Positions 32,201 to 47,200 of a stretch of DNA of 64,000 nucleotides are shown here, piece after piece. Origin of the DNA: Phoronis australis (Eukaryota; Animalia; Phoronida); NCBI GenBank assembly GCA_002633005.1, contig NMRA01000732.1, positions 111,476 to 175,475 on the forward strand, given 5' to 3'. Under the pieces are notes generated by a model. The model was given only the letters and a program-made list of their open reading frames with translations. It was not told where the DNA came from and did not search any database. The position numbers were made by a program, and so were the translations under genes. Position 1 is the stretch's first letter, and each line of letters starts with the position of its first letter.

Positions 32201-35200
32201 CAGCAGTTGGAAACACTGCTTGCCAAAACAATATAATTCCATTATTGTGTAGGGACAGTCAAGTGTGCTGGTACTGTAACTCTCTACTTAGTCATTTTTC
32301 AAGACCTGATTGCAAATGATTTTCCAAAAGTTGTTTTTTGACATTTGCAAAGTATGTACCATGCTAGGGAAAGGCTAAAATAATCTTTATTTTTGTGGAG
32401 AAATTTGATGAAATAGGATTGCACTTGTCGGCCATATTGTGTGCTAAATAAGTGAGGAATTAAGGTAATGAGAATGTCGTATTCACCTGGGTTCATATCC
32501 TAGGTACTTAAACTGAGAATCTCGAGAATTGAGGATGGAGGGTGGCGACTCATGTGAACAGATGTCATAAAAACTCGTGGAAATTTTTAGCCTTTGTGAA
32601 AAACTACGCGTTTGATAATGTGCTAAATATTTAAGGTTACCCTGCATTGTTCGATTCATAGATTCTATTAATATTGAGTATACTACCAACTTCCATTAAG
32701 TACTTTGTGAAGGGCTGTGGTTATGTCAACGCTACCTGTCTGAAGCTACGGGAGATTGTTAGACACCCTGTCAGAGTGCGGGCTTTCGTTGCTATAGCTA
32801 TGATCAATTATTCAGAATCGGGGACAGAATTGCGAGTCATTGCGCATTCGGTACCCATTCCCAACAGTTGTTCTTAAGTTCTTCAATGAGGTCAGCGTAG
32901 AATTCTGGATTAACTGTTATTCACTGCCGTCATGTTCTGACTGTTGTTACATATGAACATTGCATTTTGTTGACAAGCCAACTCGCCTTTCACATTTCCA
33001 GCCAATGCAAAATGGGTCTGACTGTTACTGCCAACTTAATCCAAGCTCATTCCTTGATTATGTACTGTTTTTATTAAGTCTCCTCAACATATTCTTACCA
33101 AGCATATATCTGACTTGTAACCTGGTGAGCTTTGTTAGCAAGAAATAAACATTATGTATATTCTGTCCTTCTTCAGTCCTGTGTGTTCTTGCATGCCAGT
33201 GTAAATGCAACAAAGTCACAGAAATTATGAACAGTTGCCCTGATTGCTTCCCATTTCTGATGTTTAAATCCACTTCATGAGGTCCATTTAACTCTAATTG
33301 CAGATTGACTGCTGGGACTGGTGACATTTGATATCAACTTCTGTCATGTTAAATGTTTTTCATGTGTGGTGGTCTTATGGTCTTGCTTGCCACTCCCATT
33401 TCTTACTGTGGTAGTGCATGCAGGCAAGGAATAAACTCACTTTTCAAAAGTGTCTTTTGTAACCCTGTTGCAAAGATATTTCCTGTTGGGAACTGTCAAT
33501 GAATGAGTTATTGAGTATTATTATGGGCTTAAAGATTTAAGTTATGACATACCTGTCCACCCTCTCAGTTTTGCCATGAGACTCATGGTTTTTAGTTATG
33601 TCTCAAGGTCTTACCTCAGAAATCCAGAAAAACCAACAAACAAATATTTTCTGCACACTATAAAAGCACAGTTTTCATTTTAAGCTACACGTGTTATTTT
33701 CTGAGTTATATGTACCTAATGTCACTGGATATATGTCCAAATCTCAAAACTCAGTCCACTGTAACGTGGGTTGCACAACTAGTAAACAGAAGTGCGACCT
33801 CTCGGTAGAACGCACTAACTACATGTGCTGCCATTTGCTATTGGACAAAACTCCAGTGCATTCACAGCTCACTAACTACATGTGCTGCCATTTGCTATTG
33901 GACAAAACTCCAGTGCATTCACAGCTCACTAACTACATGTGCTGCCATTTGCTATTGGACAAAACTCCACTGCATTCACAGCTCACACGGTGATAAGTTC
34001 TCATTCTTCTGTGTTCTTTGTGAAAAGAAAGTGATTTGATCTCATCAAGGGCTCGAAGACGGGAAAAACAGTGCAAGTGAACCACTCAAGCATTGTTACC
34101 AATCATGTTTGCGCTGGCTGCTCGTCATAATTCACTTGTAGCTAAGGTTTTAACAATCAACTTTTTGATACGGCACAATCTGCCCGTAGCAACTGCCAAC
34201 AATTTGGGTGCACTCTTTGAAGCAATTTTTCCAGACTGCAAGGAATATCCATGTGGCAAAATTAGGACCTTTGCAGTTTAAATTATGCCACGCCACAAGG
34301 AGGACCCTATTGGCAGGAATATGTTGCTCAGCACCCCAAATACATTCATTAAGTCTGGATGGATATAGTGATATTGATATAAACAAGTTGAAGCCTGACA
34401 CTAGTACTTAGTGTTTTATGGTGTGTGTGTTACCAGTGGCAAGGAGCCTCCAAGCATGAGACTTTGTTTATGTCTTGCTTAAATGAAAGAAGACAAAACT
34501 CCCTGGTCAAAGATGGCCAGTCTGTCAGTGGACAACATAAACTCCATGATTGGCATATGGAATTTGTTAGCCTCACACTGCATAACAAAAACATCCTGAA
34601 ATGTGCATTTTGGTTTGCCGCTGTTATCTTTCAGGCATTGCACAAAAATGCCCATAATGAATTTACAAAAACAGTTGTCTCTAATGTAAAAGACATTATT
34701 TTTGGTTCAAGAAAAGTTGTTCTCTTGGAATACATCGACTTTTGTGTCTAGGACTATGGGAGAATCCTGAAACATGTCGCCATAAGATGGCTGTTAATGG
34801 AATGCTACAGAAAATGATCACTTAAAAAATACACTGGACTCAGTTTTATTTTCTAATTGACCAGTAATTGGAATTCCAAAGGTTGCTTGAGCCATTCACA
34901 TAAGTTGCCCTGTTGTTTCACTATGCTGCTATCACTCTGTTCATAAAATTTAACAAATTACTGCAGTCAGGTGAACCTTGTATTCATAATCTCCATGACT
35001 CTAGTCTTGTAAACCACCTGAGGAGGTTTATTGCAGGACCTAGAACATTACTTAGTAATACCATTTTAGTTACTTGATTTAGGAGGCACATCATAGTTAT
35101 CTTTGTAAGCACAGCTTATGTGTGAAGTTGAGTACAAAGAAGCTTTCAAAGCAGCCCAAAAATATTATGATACAGTATTTCAGTATGCGTTTGCAGATTG

Positions 35201-38200
35201 TCATCTATTGGGCAGATGCCAATTTTAGATTCGTTTCGACAATTCAGAATTATGTAGTTGTTGACTTTTATGATGAAGTTTTGTGACTTATCAAAATATC
35301 ACAGACACGGATATTGCTCAACAAGCCAGAGTTAATGATGGTTCATTGATGGTGAAATGGTGTATCACTACAGTGTTGATATTAAATTATTTTATGGTGG
35401 TCGAGGGCTTGTGCGTTAATCTAGTGTTGATGAAGTTAAGGTACTGCTACTTGTCCTGCCTCACAGTAATGCTTAAGAGGAGAGTGAGACAGTCTTTTTA
35501 GTGTTGTCCGTAAAACAAAACTTACAGTCGTTGCTCTCACTAGAAGATTTTTGTTCACCATTCTGTCTATGAAGCTATAGTAAGTACCCTGGTGACTGCA
35601 TTGGAACACTGAGCCACAAGGGAAAGCATGTCTGTGTTGTGAGCAACATAAACAAAAGGGTGAACATGAATACAAATATTTAGATAAAACATCAATCTCA
35701 GGTTTTGTCGTTTCAGTCTCATTTTTTTTTGGGGGGGGGTTTACTCATTGTTATTGTAATTTCCATACTCCCATACTCTTCTGTGCGTTATTTGAGAGGC
35801 CACTTGTTACTTGTCTTCTTGTGATACTGCTGATTGACAAGAATAATAGTCTTAGAATTGCACTGTCATCATGTCTATTGAGTAGTTGCTTGAGCCCAGG
35901 CTGTGTTAACTCTGGCCTCCTGCAAGTACACTGACTGACTAATTGGTGTAATTGACAGGCATTGAGGGAATGAACTCTGTGTGGTCAGTTATGTAAACAT
36001 TGGTGGTTATGTTATGCCTGGTGCCTGGAGGCAGTCAAATCAACAGAACCTTGATAGCTCTTGATTGCACTTTCAGCCAATCTCAGTGGTTGATGTCAAT
36101 TAACTGTTACAATTAGAAGAACATTAGTTTTTGTGTTATTTTTGTTACAGTAATGATTTCAAAATTCTTGTTTCTTTTCACATTCATTTGATATACATTA
36201 AGTTCCAAGAATGTTGGCTTCAATTTTCAGTAGTTTACAAAGTAGTGTGTATCGTCTTCATCTGTCATTCTGGTCACCAGTGTATGGCTGCATGAAACAG
36301 TTCCAAATAGGGACTCGACTACTTTCCCTTAGAGTTTTACGCATCTGTGTCTCTGTTTTTGCATTATATTTTGTTATCCTGTTATTTTTATTATGAGCTC
36401 CTCTTCAACTAGTTAACAACATTTTCTTATAGTTAATTTGAAAACAGTCCTTATTTCAATGAAAATATGTAGGGACTTAGTCTTTGAATTAGGGGCATTG
36501 CATGAAGAGTTCCCCACTTTTATTCAATAACATGGAGAACTCAGTATAGAGTTTACTTGCAGTATGTATCGATGATAAACTCTTACTTAGGAGTGAAGAT
36601 GAAACAGCATTAGAAAGGACACAAGGTGTTAGCACAAGTCCACAAATGTCATGAAGGAGTTAAGGAACATAATTGTCTCTCTGTTTTGAACTGTTTCATG
36701 CAACCAGCTGCAGATATCTATAGAAGACTATGCCTCTTAGTGATACATAAAACCCATGAAAATTCGGATACATGACTTATGGTCTTGGATACATGACTTA
36801 TGGTCTTCGTTGGCCAAAAAGCCTCATTGGGAATCTACCACAATCAATAGCGTCTCTTCTAAACATTTCAGTGTCCCACTCACTCATGTTTGCTTACACC
36901 ATTGATCTCATTGGTGATTTGCTATTGAGATCATTCAAAACATTTCCAGTTTCCATGCAGCTCTATGTACATAAGGCTAATAGCCTCTGCTTGTGCAAAT
37001 ATACCCTAACAGCAGATCAGCCTGTCTGAAGCTGAAGACTACATATTACAATTTTAAGCTGTCAAATGATCTTGTACAGAATTGATAAAGAAGGAGAAAA
37101 ATGGAAACATACATCACTTTCGCAGTTCATGCAGTTTCTTTTCACCGAATAAGTTCTAGGAGGAATGCAACTTATTCACTTGGTGTATATTTTGACTTTG
37201 GCTCAGAACACAGTATATTTGTTGTTATAGTTCAGAGACATTAAAAACTTTATTACTTTATTCCTATTAAATATTTGTGCTTTTACTTGGTGAAATACAT
37301 GTACGCTACAGGTCGCATTTTACGTCCAATTGACAGATTTTGTAAGAAACATGTACTTCGTTAAGAGTTTGAAGCCTACTGGTATGTGACTCGATCTCAT
37401 TAAGGGCTATCAAATACTTTAGTTTCATCGTCCACCTCACCTTTAATTTTTTATTTGATTTCACCAAGTGTGGCTCTTCAGAGTACTTTCATTTCATTTT
37501 CGAATTTTGCTAACAATGCATCGTTTGCTGGTAACAGGACTGCTGAGTCCTTTTGGTGAATAGATTTTCATGCCATTGTTACACGTATTAATTAGTGATT
37601 AATAATTAATTGATTATATATTAGTAACAAGACAAATGCTATGTGCCTATGACCTGTGATTGTTATGTTGAATTCAAGACTAGAATTGATATTCAACCCA
37701 TGGTGCTATGGATCTTCTTTAGTTTCAAATCTTGACAACAGTACATTAACCTAGGAAACAATATGGTTGTTATCATAAACTGTGTATTTTTTAACTAAAT
37801 AATGACTTTCTACTTCTTGATATGTGTATCTGTCATATGAATTGTCTATCATTAAAGTTAACAGTGTTAGACTAAAAATTCAAGTTCAGCTGGTCATTTT
37901 GCACTTTCCATGTCTGTTGATCTTCACCTATCCTCCATTTTAATTACTGTGTCTTCCAATAGTTGAATTACTTATAACTTCTACTTGTCAAGTATATGGT
38001 ACTACCAGTATACTGTAAGGTGTTAGTATGTGAAACCTTTGAGTCTGTGTTATGAGCTGTTGTTATATATCTGTAATGTTCTGTTGTGCTACAAATTACT
38101 ATTCTATCAGCTCTAACTCGTTGAATTCTTTTTGAAACTCGACGCAGGTGAGCCAAACTTAAATCACAGCCAAATTCAAACGTTATACCGGTATGTCATG

Positions 38201-41200
38201 AGTCAAATCGAAATTATTTTTGTGCGAAAATAAAGGCTTGAGTTTAGAAATAGAATCACATTTTTTTCGCAATTTGAATCGCTCCACGAGGAATGGTCGT
38301 ACTCTGTGGCACTTTACAACAGGTCTGGGGACTGTAATCTAGTGATATCCTGTATTTCTTATCTGTTCAGGTATTGTTTCTTGGCAACCAGTTTTGTCCT
38401 CTGAGCCTGAAGCAAAGTCTAAAATACTCATTTAAGGGACTTATAAGGAATTGTCTCCTTTAGATGCTTCTCAGCCCAGAATTGCAAGGTTCACAGAGTG
38501 TATAAAATTAAATCTATAACTGATGTGTTTCTTGTTTGAGGGTAAATCAAAGATGTGAGACTATTCCCTGCATATTGACACTAAGAATATATGGCTCATA
38601 CATGAAGTCTACCTCAGTTTAGCTTTTTAGAAATGCACTTTCTAAGCAAAAATTGACACTTTTCGCAAACATGGTGGTCACATGATTACATATAATTGTT
38701 ATCACCTTTTAAGGCATAAGATTTTGCATTCATCAAGATTCTGAAAATGTGGGTTGATAATGGATTATATTTAAAAGGTTGTTTGATCAAATATGAAAGG
38801 ACTTCACTAAGGTTGGCAATTGCCTTAATGAGATTTCAGGCTAATTAACACCTATGGGTGTTAACTTTCATGGTATAAAATGACTTTCAGGCAGGTTCAG
38901 GAATTATAATTTTTGGTAACAACCAACAGAAAAAGCAATAGCAAATACAATGTTGTGACTATATGATGTTATTGTATCATATTGTTTTGTTTTGTTTTTC
39001 GCTAGTTCAAACAGAGGCAAGTACCCTCTAAGGTGTAGTTTACTACAAGACCAACTATATTACTGTTTTTTTCTAACTAGATGGCGACTGCGTGGACAGT
39101 GTAGACTACCTTGGTCGGACGGCGCTCATGTACGCTGCACACTTCAACAAAGAAGGAGCCATCAACTTGCTGTTGCAAAATAAAGCAGATGTCAATGCAC
39201 AAGCATATGGTAAATAATACTAACAAACTTATTATGCAGGGCAGTCTGTTTCACTTAATGTTACCGTACTTCACCAAATTCCTTGTTTTCACCAACTTTT
39301 AGCCAACAAAGCCAATAGATTGTTAACTGCTTCAAGAAATTCAGCATCTAAATTTTCATGATCATACTCACATTCTGAGGCATCTGGGTTCACATGCTTA
39401 TATTGACCAGTCTTGAAATGGGGGGCACTTAACCCAGAAATTTCAAAAAACCGGGGTAGAGCGCTTACCTAAACATGGGTGCTTCATCTGAGCTACGAAA
39501 TCGCCATGACCACCTATGACCTTCGAACTTGAACTCCACAGACCTGAAGTTCAATGAAGTTATTGCAAGGTTAGTTGCTGTTGAGAAAGTTGAATCAGCA
39601 CTTTCCAATTGTAGCAGATCAAAATTCTAGGACTGACCTGCCACACAAATCTCATCAAAGTCGTTCCCCCCTTTTCTTTACAATTGAAATTTCTGAAAAG
39701 CTTCTTTTCAAAAAACTTTCGTGGGGTGTTGTATGCCCAGGTCGACTAACGCATTAATTAGTATGTGAGAATGATGTTGTGCAAATTTCATGAGAAAAAT
39801 GTGACATGTTGTTTATGAATTTATTAAATAGTTTTTCCATGAAATAAAAAGCCTGGAAATATTGAGACCGAATACTTACCATATATGGGAAAAATAGGTC
39901 AGTCACAAAGTGACATGTATCTCCTCCTTGCATGTCTCCAGTGTCACTTCACTTTCGTACGTACATGAAACTGGGATTTGGCTCTTAAACTTTGAGGAAA
40001 AATGAATCCTTTTGAAAAAATAAATAATTGCTGTAATGTAGAATTAGTCTGGTCAACTACTGTCATTTTCAACAACAACACCATTTTTAATGCACTGCAG
40101 AAGATGCTAACAGAATTTGATGTTCTCTTGACCACCACAAACAACAGTGCTTTTCAAAATTGATCCAGTCTCCGCATTTGACAGTGTGCCTTATTGTCTT
40201 GAAAATCAATGCAGTGATTTCCATTATGGGTAGACAGTAGTCTGAGCAGTGGGCGCTTTACTGAAAAATTTCAAAAAATGAAGGTAGTTGCTTAATTGGG
40301 CACTTATCAGAAATTTGTTAAACCAGTGGGTGGCCGTCAACGTGAACATGGGCTTTAACCCAGATATTACCGTAATCTTTCGGGTTAACGCCCTGGGCGG
40401 TTAAATTGGCGAACCCAAAAAATCGGGGGAGGGCGGTTAACCGAGCAGTGGGCGGTAAAATCGAAAATCCACCTAAAGTAGGGGGTGGGCGGTTAACCGA
40501 ACATGGGCGCTTATTACAACAGTCAACCGCCCTGGGCGGTTAATCTTACCTGGCGATCTAAATCCCGACACGACACTCATACTCGGAACGCGTAGCCCTT
40601 TTCAAAGAGCTTCATCGTCACGTCGCCAAATGACTGTGAAAACGTCATAACAGCGGATGATCCCAACAAAGGTTCTCTTGCCCTCAGATTAGTCATTCAC
40701 TATTAAATTTACAAAATTGCTGAGTAATAGCCCCGTGCCGTCCTGCGGTGCGCAGACGACCAGTGACNNNNNNNNNNNNNNNNNNNNNNNNNNNNNNNNN
40801 NNNNNNNNNNNNNNNNNNNNNNNNNNNNNNNNNNNNNNNNNNNNNNNNNNNNNNNNNNNNNNNNNNNNNNNNNNNNNNNNNNNNNNNNNNNNNNNNNNNN
40901 NNNNNNNNNNNNNNNNNNNNNNNNNNNNNNNNNNNNNNNNNNNNNNNNNNNNNNNNNNNNNNNNNNNNNNNNNNNNNNNNNNNNNNNNNNNNNNNNNNNN
41001 NNNNNNNNNNNNNNNNNNNNNNNNNNNNNNNNNNNNNNNNNNNNNNNNNNNNNNNNNNNNNNNNNNNNNNNNNNNNNNNNNNNNNNNNNNNNNNNNNNNN
41101 NNNNNNNNNNNNNNNNNNNNNNNNNNNNNNNNNNNNNNNNNNNNNNNNNNNNNNNNNNNNNNNNNNNNNNNNNNNNNNNNNNNNNNNNNNNNNNNNNNNN

Positions 41201-44200
41201 NNNNNNNNNNNNNNNNNNNNNNNNNNNNNNNNNNNNNNNNNNNNNNNNNNNNNNNNNNNNNNNNNNNNNNNNNNNNNNNNNNNNNNNNNNNNNNNNNNNN
41301 NNNNNNNNNNTTTATTACTTCAAGATCATACACAAACATACATTATTGCCAATGTTTGAATTCAGAAATCGACAGGCAGCAACGAAATCGGTAACCCAGT
41401 AAGGCACTTGTACTGTCCCTTCGGTCGCCCCACATCCTCTATAACCCGGCAGTTATATTCATCAAAATATTGAGAATTTGACGTCTTTCCGTGAGTTGTG
41501 AGATTTATTCAAAATACGAGAGCTTCTCACCTTAATAGAATTTGGAGGGTTGGCAAAACCATTGTCACATTTCTCTGGCCTGATTTTTTCAAATATATGT
41601 TTTATCTAGTGCACTGCAGACGGAAACTCAGTGCGGCAGACAAAGTCGCTGAAAGCGGAGGTCTTGACGCCGGCGGCGTTCTTAAACTTTGCAAACAAGG
41701 GAAGAAAATAAAGTGACAAAAAGTTTCAAGTATTTTGAAGTGAGTTCATGACCCAAGACAATAACTCTTTACCTGTATTGTGATTCAGATTGCTAAACCA
41801 CCGTCTCTGAGTCCCGGCGTCGTTGCACTCATTGTGATCATCGATCTTTTTCTAGAAGTCGGGGAATCGCGCGTTTCCTTAGCACTAGGAGCTAAATCTT
41901 CATTCTTTAAAAGTCGGGGTGGGCGCTTAACCGAGAGGTGGGTGCTTAACTGGAACTCTTAAAAAATCGGGGGAGGGCGGTTAACCGAGCAGTGGGCGGT
42001 TAAATCGGAAATCCACTTAAAGTCGGGGATGGGCGGTTAACTGAACATGGGCGTTAACCCGAACGTAACCAGATGTGGCTTCTTACCCATCTCATTTTGA
42101 GGCTGCTCCAAGGGTATTCCCTCCCTAGCATGCATTTTTGCTCAGAGACAATGTGCTGACAAAGATGTATGCTAAGGTCCAGATATGGCCAACTGACCTT
42201 TGTGACTGCACAGTTTGTTGGTGGCGGTTAACTTTCTTGATTGGAAAAATGTTATTTTGGGTCATATTTTATGTGATAACTTGGTTGGGGGTATATATTT
42301 TTTTCGTCAGAAAACCTGCGGTATCTTACATAACGCATTTCTTCTGTCACTTGTGTTTCCTTTAGGGACAGTTATGTGTGTATTAGGGGAAGTGCTAGGG
42401 AATGACGGATACAGTGTCTTACCTTTGCTCTCCTGCAGATGGTCTTACTGTAATGCATCAGGTTTGTCATGCCGGATCAAGTGAGATCCTACAGTCACTC
42501 ATAGACAACGGCGCTGATCTTAGTATAGAGGATGAGCTAGGACGCTCAGCCATTCATTGGGCAGTCACCACACAGTCAGTAGACTGTCTGAAGGTACCTT
42601 TGTTGTTATTGTCAATTGAATTTAGTCTTACCATGTATGCACTTATTTAGGCGTGTGCGCCTACATGTTAAGCACCTATATCCAGAATCAGGCGCGTGAA
42701 CTAAAACCGAGGAGCAATTTTTTAAATGTTAATATGTGAATGAAAGTTGTGTCTCCATTACAATACGATAGAAGTTGATGTGTATTAAATTGAATGCTTT
42801 TACAGTGAAAGTATTATCAATGGCCAAAGAACATGTTGTTTAAGAAATCCACAAAACAAGGAATAGCTGCCAGTGCAAGTGAAACTTAGATGCATGGGCC
42901 TATGTGTAAAACTTGGGCAGAAATATTTCTCTGATAAAACAAATTGGTCAAGGATAACACCCATGGGCCTAGATGTGTGTGTATACCAGGAGTTGTTACA
43001 AATATTGTAAAAGGAAGAAAATCTCTATGTTTTGTTTGCGATTTTCCATGAAAGGGAATTGTGAATTCCAAAAATGTAAGAATCATAGTGAGAAATGTGA
43101 ATAAATTGTGATTTAAATAATTTGATAATTTGTCACAGCGAATCTTTCTACGAGCAAACGATGGACCATTGCTAAGCTCCATCCATACGTTTCTTTTCCT
43201 TGTTTGTATTGAATATCCCTTCATCATACCCATAGGTTCTGCTGTCCAATGGTGCAAAGGTGCGCACATGTGACGCAGATGGCCTAACTCCCAGCATGTG
43301 GGCTTGTCGCGTGGACAATATCCACCATTTTGAGCTGCTGACCACAGCGGAGCAGGAAGACCTCAGGGGCGAAGATGAAGACATGGAGCTGGACCATAAT
43401 GGTCGCACATGGATGCACTGGGCAGTCAGGCGGAAAGAACCCCTGGAATGTCTGAGTGTGAGTGACTGAGATGAATAGTGTTCAATTTGAAGTGCTTTAT
43501 TCTGAGCAACCATTTAACACTAGTCACGTTATAATGTTCAAATTGCATTTCGCCCTGTTTAGCTGGCTAAAAAAACAGCCATCTATAAAGAGGAAGTGCA
43601 AATTATAGATCAAATTCCTTTAGTATTTCTTTTTATTTGGAAATTTGTTATTTTCAAGCTTTTTGTTATTAAATTGTTTTCTAGACACTACTAACTGAAG
43701 ACACTGCCAGATTGAAGGATAGTGAGGGCAAAACAGTTCTGTTAACTGCAGCTGAGCTGGGTATGTTGTTCTTATCTAGTATTTTTGATAAATTAGGACT
43801 GAAGTGTTTATCTTCAGCAGAAACGAATTTGCCGTTGTGGTAGTATACATTGCTTGTGCAGTAGACCTCACTTTGAGGTGTGCGTATGTCCAGGGGTTCT
43901 ATTGTAACGATTTTCCCATTGTCTTCTACTTGATATTACGATTTATCCTTGACTTTCACTCGGCCATTTTCAAAATTTGTCCTTTTTCTGGAAATTCTGA
44001 TTCGCTAGCATAAAATGGATCCTAAGATTTTTTTCTCAAATCATCACTCTGTGTGTTGTCAGTACTCTTAGTCACTGCTTTGTGCACGAAAGGAAAGTCA
44101 AATGAAATGTTTTGATGTAAAAACAGCGAATGATTAAGAAATGAGTATCATGAAAACTATCCTTTCTTTCTTGGCAATAAATTAATGCTCCCAATATTCT

Positions 44201-47200
44201 TACTAAAGGATCATTGGATGCATGTAAGACCATCATTAGTATTGCTGGCAATACTGTTTTGGATGATGTTGACAAGCAGAACCGCACAGCACTTCATTTG
44301 GCGGCAATGGGTGGTCATGGTGAAGTTATCAACTACCTCCTGGAGATAGGCGCTGACTTAGACTGTCGGGACAATGCCAACGCTACACCGTGGGATTATG
44401 CCAAAGCCAGACAGCTACACTATTGTATGCTGATTATGTCGGCTCACCAGAGGTTCAGAAACAGACAGGAAAACAACAATAACAACAACGAGGCAAGTGT
44501 TGCAGTGAATTCTGGATTGTTTTCTCTTATTCTTTATTAACATTTTTAGTTAAATGTCAGTTTTGATGAAAACAATTCAAGGGGAAAGTGTTTGGAATAT
44601 CTATGCCTCAGTATTTTTATTAGGAAAATCGGTACATCTCTTGTTTATTCTTTCCTACTGTGAGACCAAATTGATGGAGTTATCTCCCCTCGCAAAATCA
44701 ACTGTAAAAATGTAGCTTCACGTCTAGTGTACCATATTTCAATTCTACCAATTGGGCAGTCCCGGATTACAAAGCTATAGAACTCTCCTTTGTCCTGAAG
44801 TTCAGGTAGTGTTTCATTGACATAGTTCTGGAATGTGAGGCACATATTCACAGGTTACATCAGAAAGCTTCAAGATGTATGGCTGTGGAAATATTTGCAC
44901 TGCCAACCGTTTAAAAGTATCAGAATTGAAAGATATCTTTGAGAAAGGGGATTCTGTTCAGTTCAAAGTTAAGCTACAAACATGCTTTATCCACTCACTC
45001 CGCATTTTCTTGTCTTCGATATCAAGATGGCGACGAACTAACGTCACGCATCCATGGGTATTTGTCAAGTTTATCTAACTTTCTCTCATTGAAGTTGCAG
45101 CCTACAGCACTGCAGTAATACTTCAGTGACATTGGAAAGATGCCGCTGAGAGAAACTGGTAGAGAATACTACAACAACAAAACAAATAATAGGCAGAAGT
45201 TCAGTTTCGTCAAACAATATCCTTGAGAGGATCTGGATCACCTCATTTAGTTTCTACGTGTATACTTGATTTAAGCAAAACATGTTATTCTTTTGTTTCA
45301 GAAAATAACAAAAGAAAATATCCCTCGTCCCACAATATCTGTTTCCCCTCATCCACCGAGTAAACCTGCTAAGAAAAGACCCCCTAGTGCGCCACCTACT
45401 GGCAAACAACTTAACGAGCAAACTGCCGAGTTGAGCACAAGAGAAGTAAACAGTGCTGGCAATGATAGGAAGCAACCTGATGCCAAGGTAAGTATTGTAC
45501 CAGTCGGCTTAGTTATAAGGAACAGAAAGACAATGGCGTGCATCAACAAATTAAAACCGCATCCGATGAAGTGCTATTATGGTGACGCATGCCAACAGGC
45601 TCAGCACAATTCTATGCCAGCTCACGGGGGGGAAAGGCGATTAGGTTACCATGATTAAATATTCTTCGTAATTAAGGTATTCTGTGACTAGTTCCCTGAA
45701 GAATTTTAAAGCTGTCACATTAGTCTGTAGAACCTAATGAAATATATAAACAACATGTTAAGTGTGTGCCTCTTTGAGACTGTTTGGGAATTGCATGGTC
45801 ACATGGTTCCTATCAAGTTTTTGATTGGATGATATTGTGGTCATCTCATCACTTGCTTTTGAGAAATTATTACCAGTCTCAGCAGCCGTGCTAGAAATGA
45901 GTTCTCTGGTATTAATCTCATTCGTGTGAAATACAACAGGTTGAATGACTACTGTTGAAAAAATTACATCAAATATTGCCAGCTGTTATTACCTGGATTT
46001 TGATGGATAATGAAAGTTTGTGTCCGTGACTTTTTCTGAGAAGTGATGAAATGTGGCTAATACTTTTTAACATGGGAAAACTAATGCCTCACTATTCCAG
46101 ACCAAATGGTAGCGTAATTACGGGAGAACATATAATTGAAATTTCCTTCTTATACAGGTAACTACTTGTCTGGTTCTAATGACATTTTGTTTAGCTGTTC
46201 GAATTCTCATGGCAGCATGATATTTTAGGGGGAGCCTGTTGAGATTACTTCAACTCAGGCATTTACAGAGTGCAATGATGACAAAAAAGAGTCAGCAAGT
46301 ATCGTGATTCCAGCATGCGATCAACAGGAATTGGATGAAAATGCTGCAAAAGGTAGGGCATCGTGTCAATATTCCCCGCCCAATATGACTTAGTTACAGG
46401 TTTCTGTTAGGTGTGATGCAAGGACAGAAGTTATCTATTATATTCCAAATTGTTCCTGATTCAGAACCATATATGATTTTCAAGATTCAATTAGCAAATG
46501 GCAATGATTTTAAAGCCTTTTCCTCAAAATTTAATCGGCGCTGTGAAATTTGTCTAGTGGTAGAATGTTTTAACTTAAAAGCTGTGTGGTTACGTCGGAT
46601 CTCACAGTTCTTCACTCAACGCCACCTCTTGAAAAACTAAATTTCATGTTATTCCAGATGAGCTGCATAGTGAAAACCAGCACAGCTTTAGTGGTATGGA
46701 TGTTTCTGATTTGGAGAATGAGGACGTGCCTGTTGGGCTGGTGTCTGAGCACCATGAGGAAGCACCACCAAAGATCATGCCGAGCCCCCCGCCAAGACGA
46801 AAGCTCGTGTCACCGGTACCCCCTGCTGTGGCTAATCACGACGAATACGTTGAAGGACCTCCAGAGGGGGAAACGGTCGGTCATGATGACAACGAAGTAG
46901 ATCACGCGAAACCAGCAATGAGGCATCACACACTGAATACAATAGTTGATCGATCAGTGAAGACACCATCTGGACCAGCACTCATGCCCCTGCAGAGAGC
47001 CCCACAGCCTGTGGAGCCATTGCAGGAAGTGACAAAGAAGAAGAAAAAGAAAAAGAAGAAAGCCGACTCTCACGACCCTCAGAATATCCTGCCACCACCC
47101 AGTCATGGCTATGCAGCACCACCACCCAGTCATGGCTACGCAGGTCCACTGCCCCCTGGTGGTAGTCATGTGGGCTCACTTCATTCTCCACCGTTCAGCC

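Noticed and set aside
33813-33986. CRISPR-like appearance of the short tandem repeats (also 3938 and 55626)
   Set aside because: No unique spacers, no cas genes, eukaryotic context.
40689-41394. 200+ aa ORFs
   Set aside because: Artefacts of the N gap.
45027-45057. Candidate micro-exon (aag|ATGGCGACG..GG|gtattt) in ankyrin gene intron 7
   Set aside because: Stop codon in phase 0; incompatible with flanking exon phases.
46101-46157. Candidate exon ccag|ACC..ACAG|gtaact
   Set aside because: Stop in the required phase 0.
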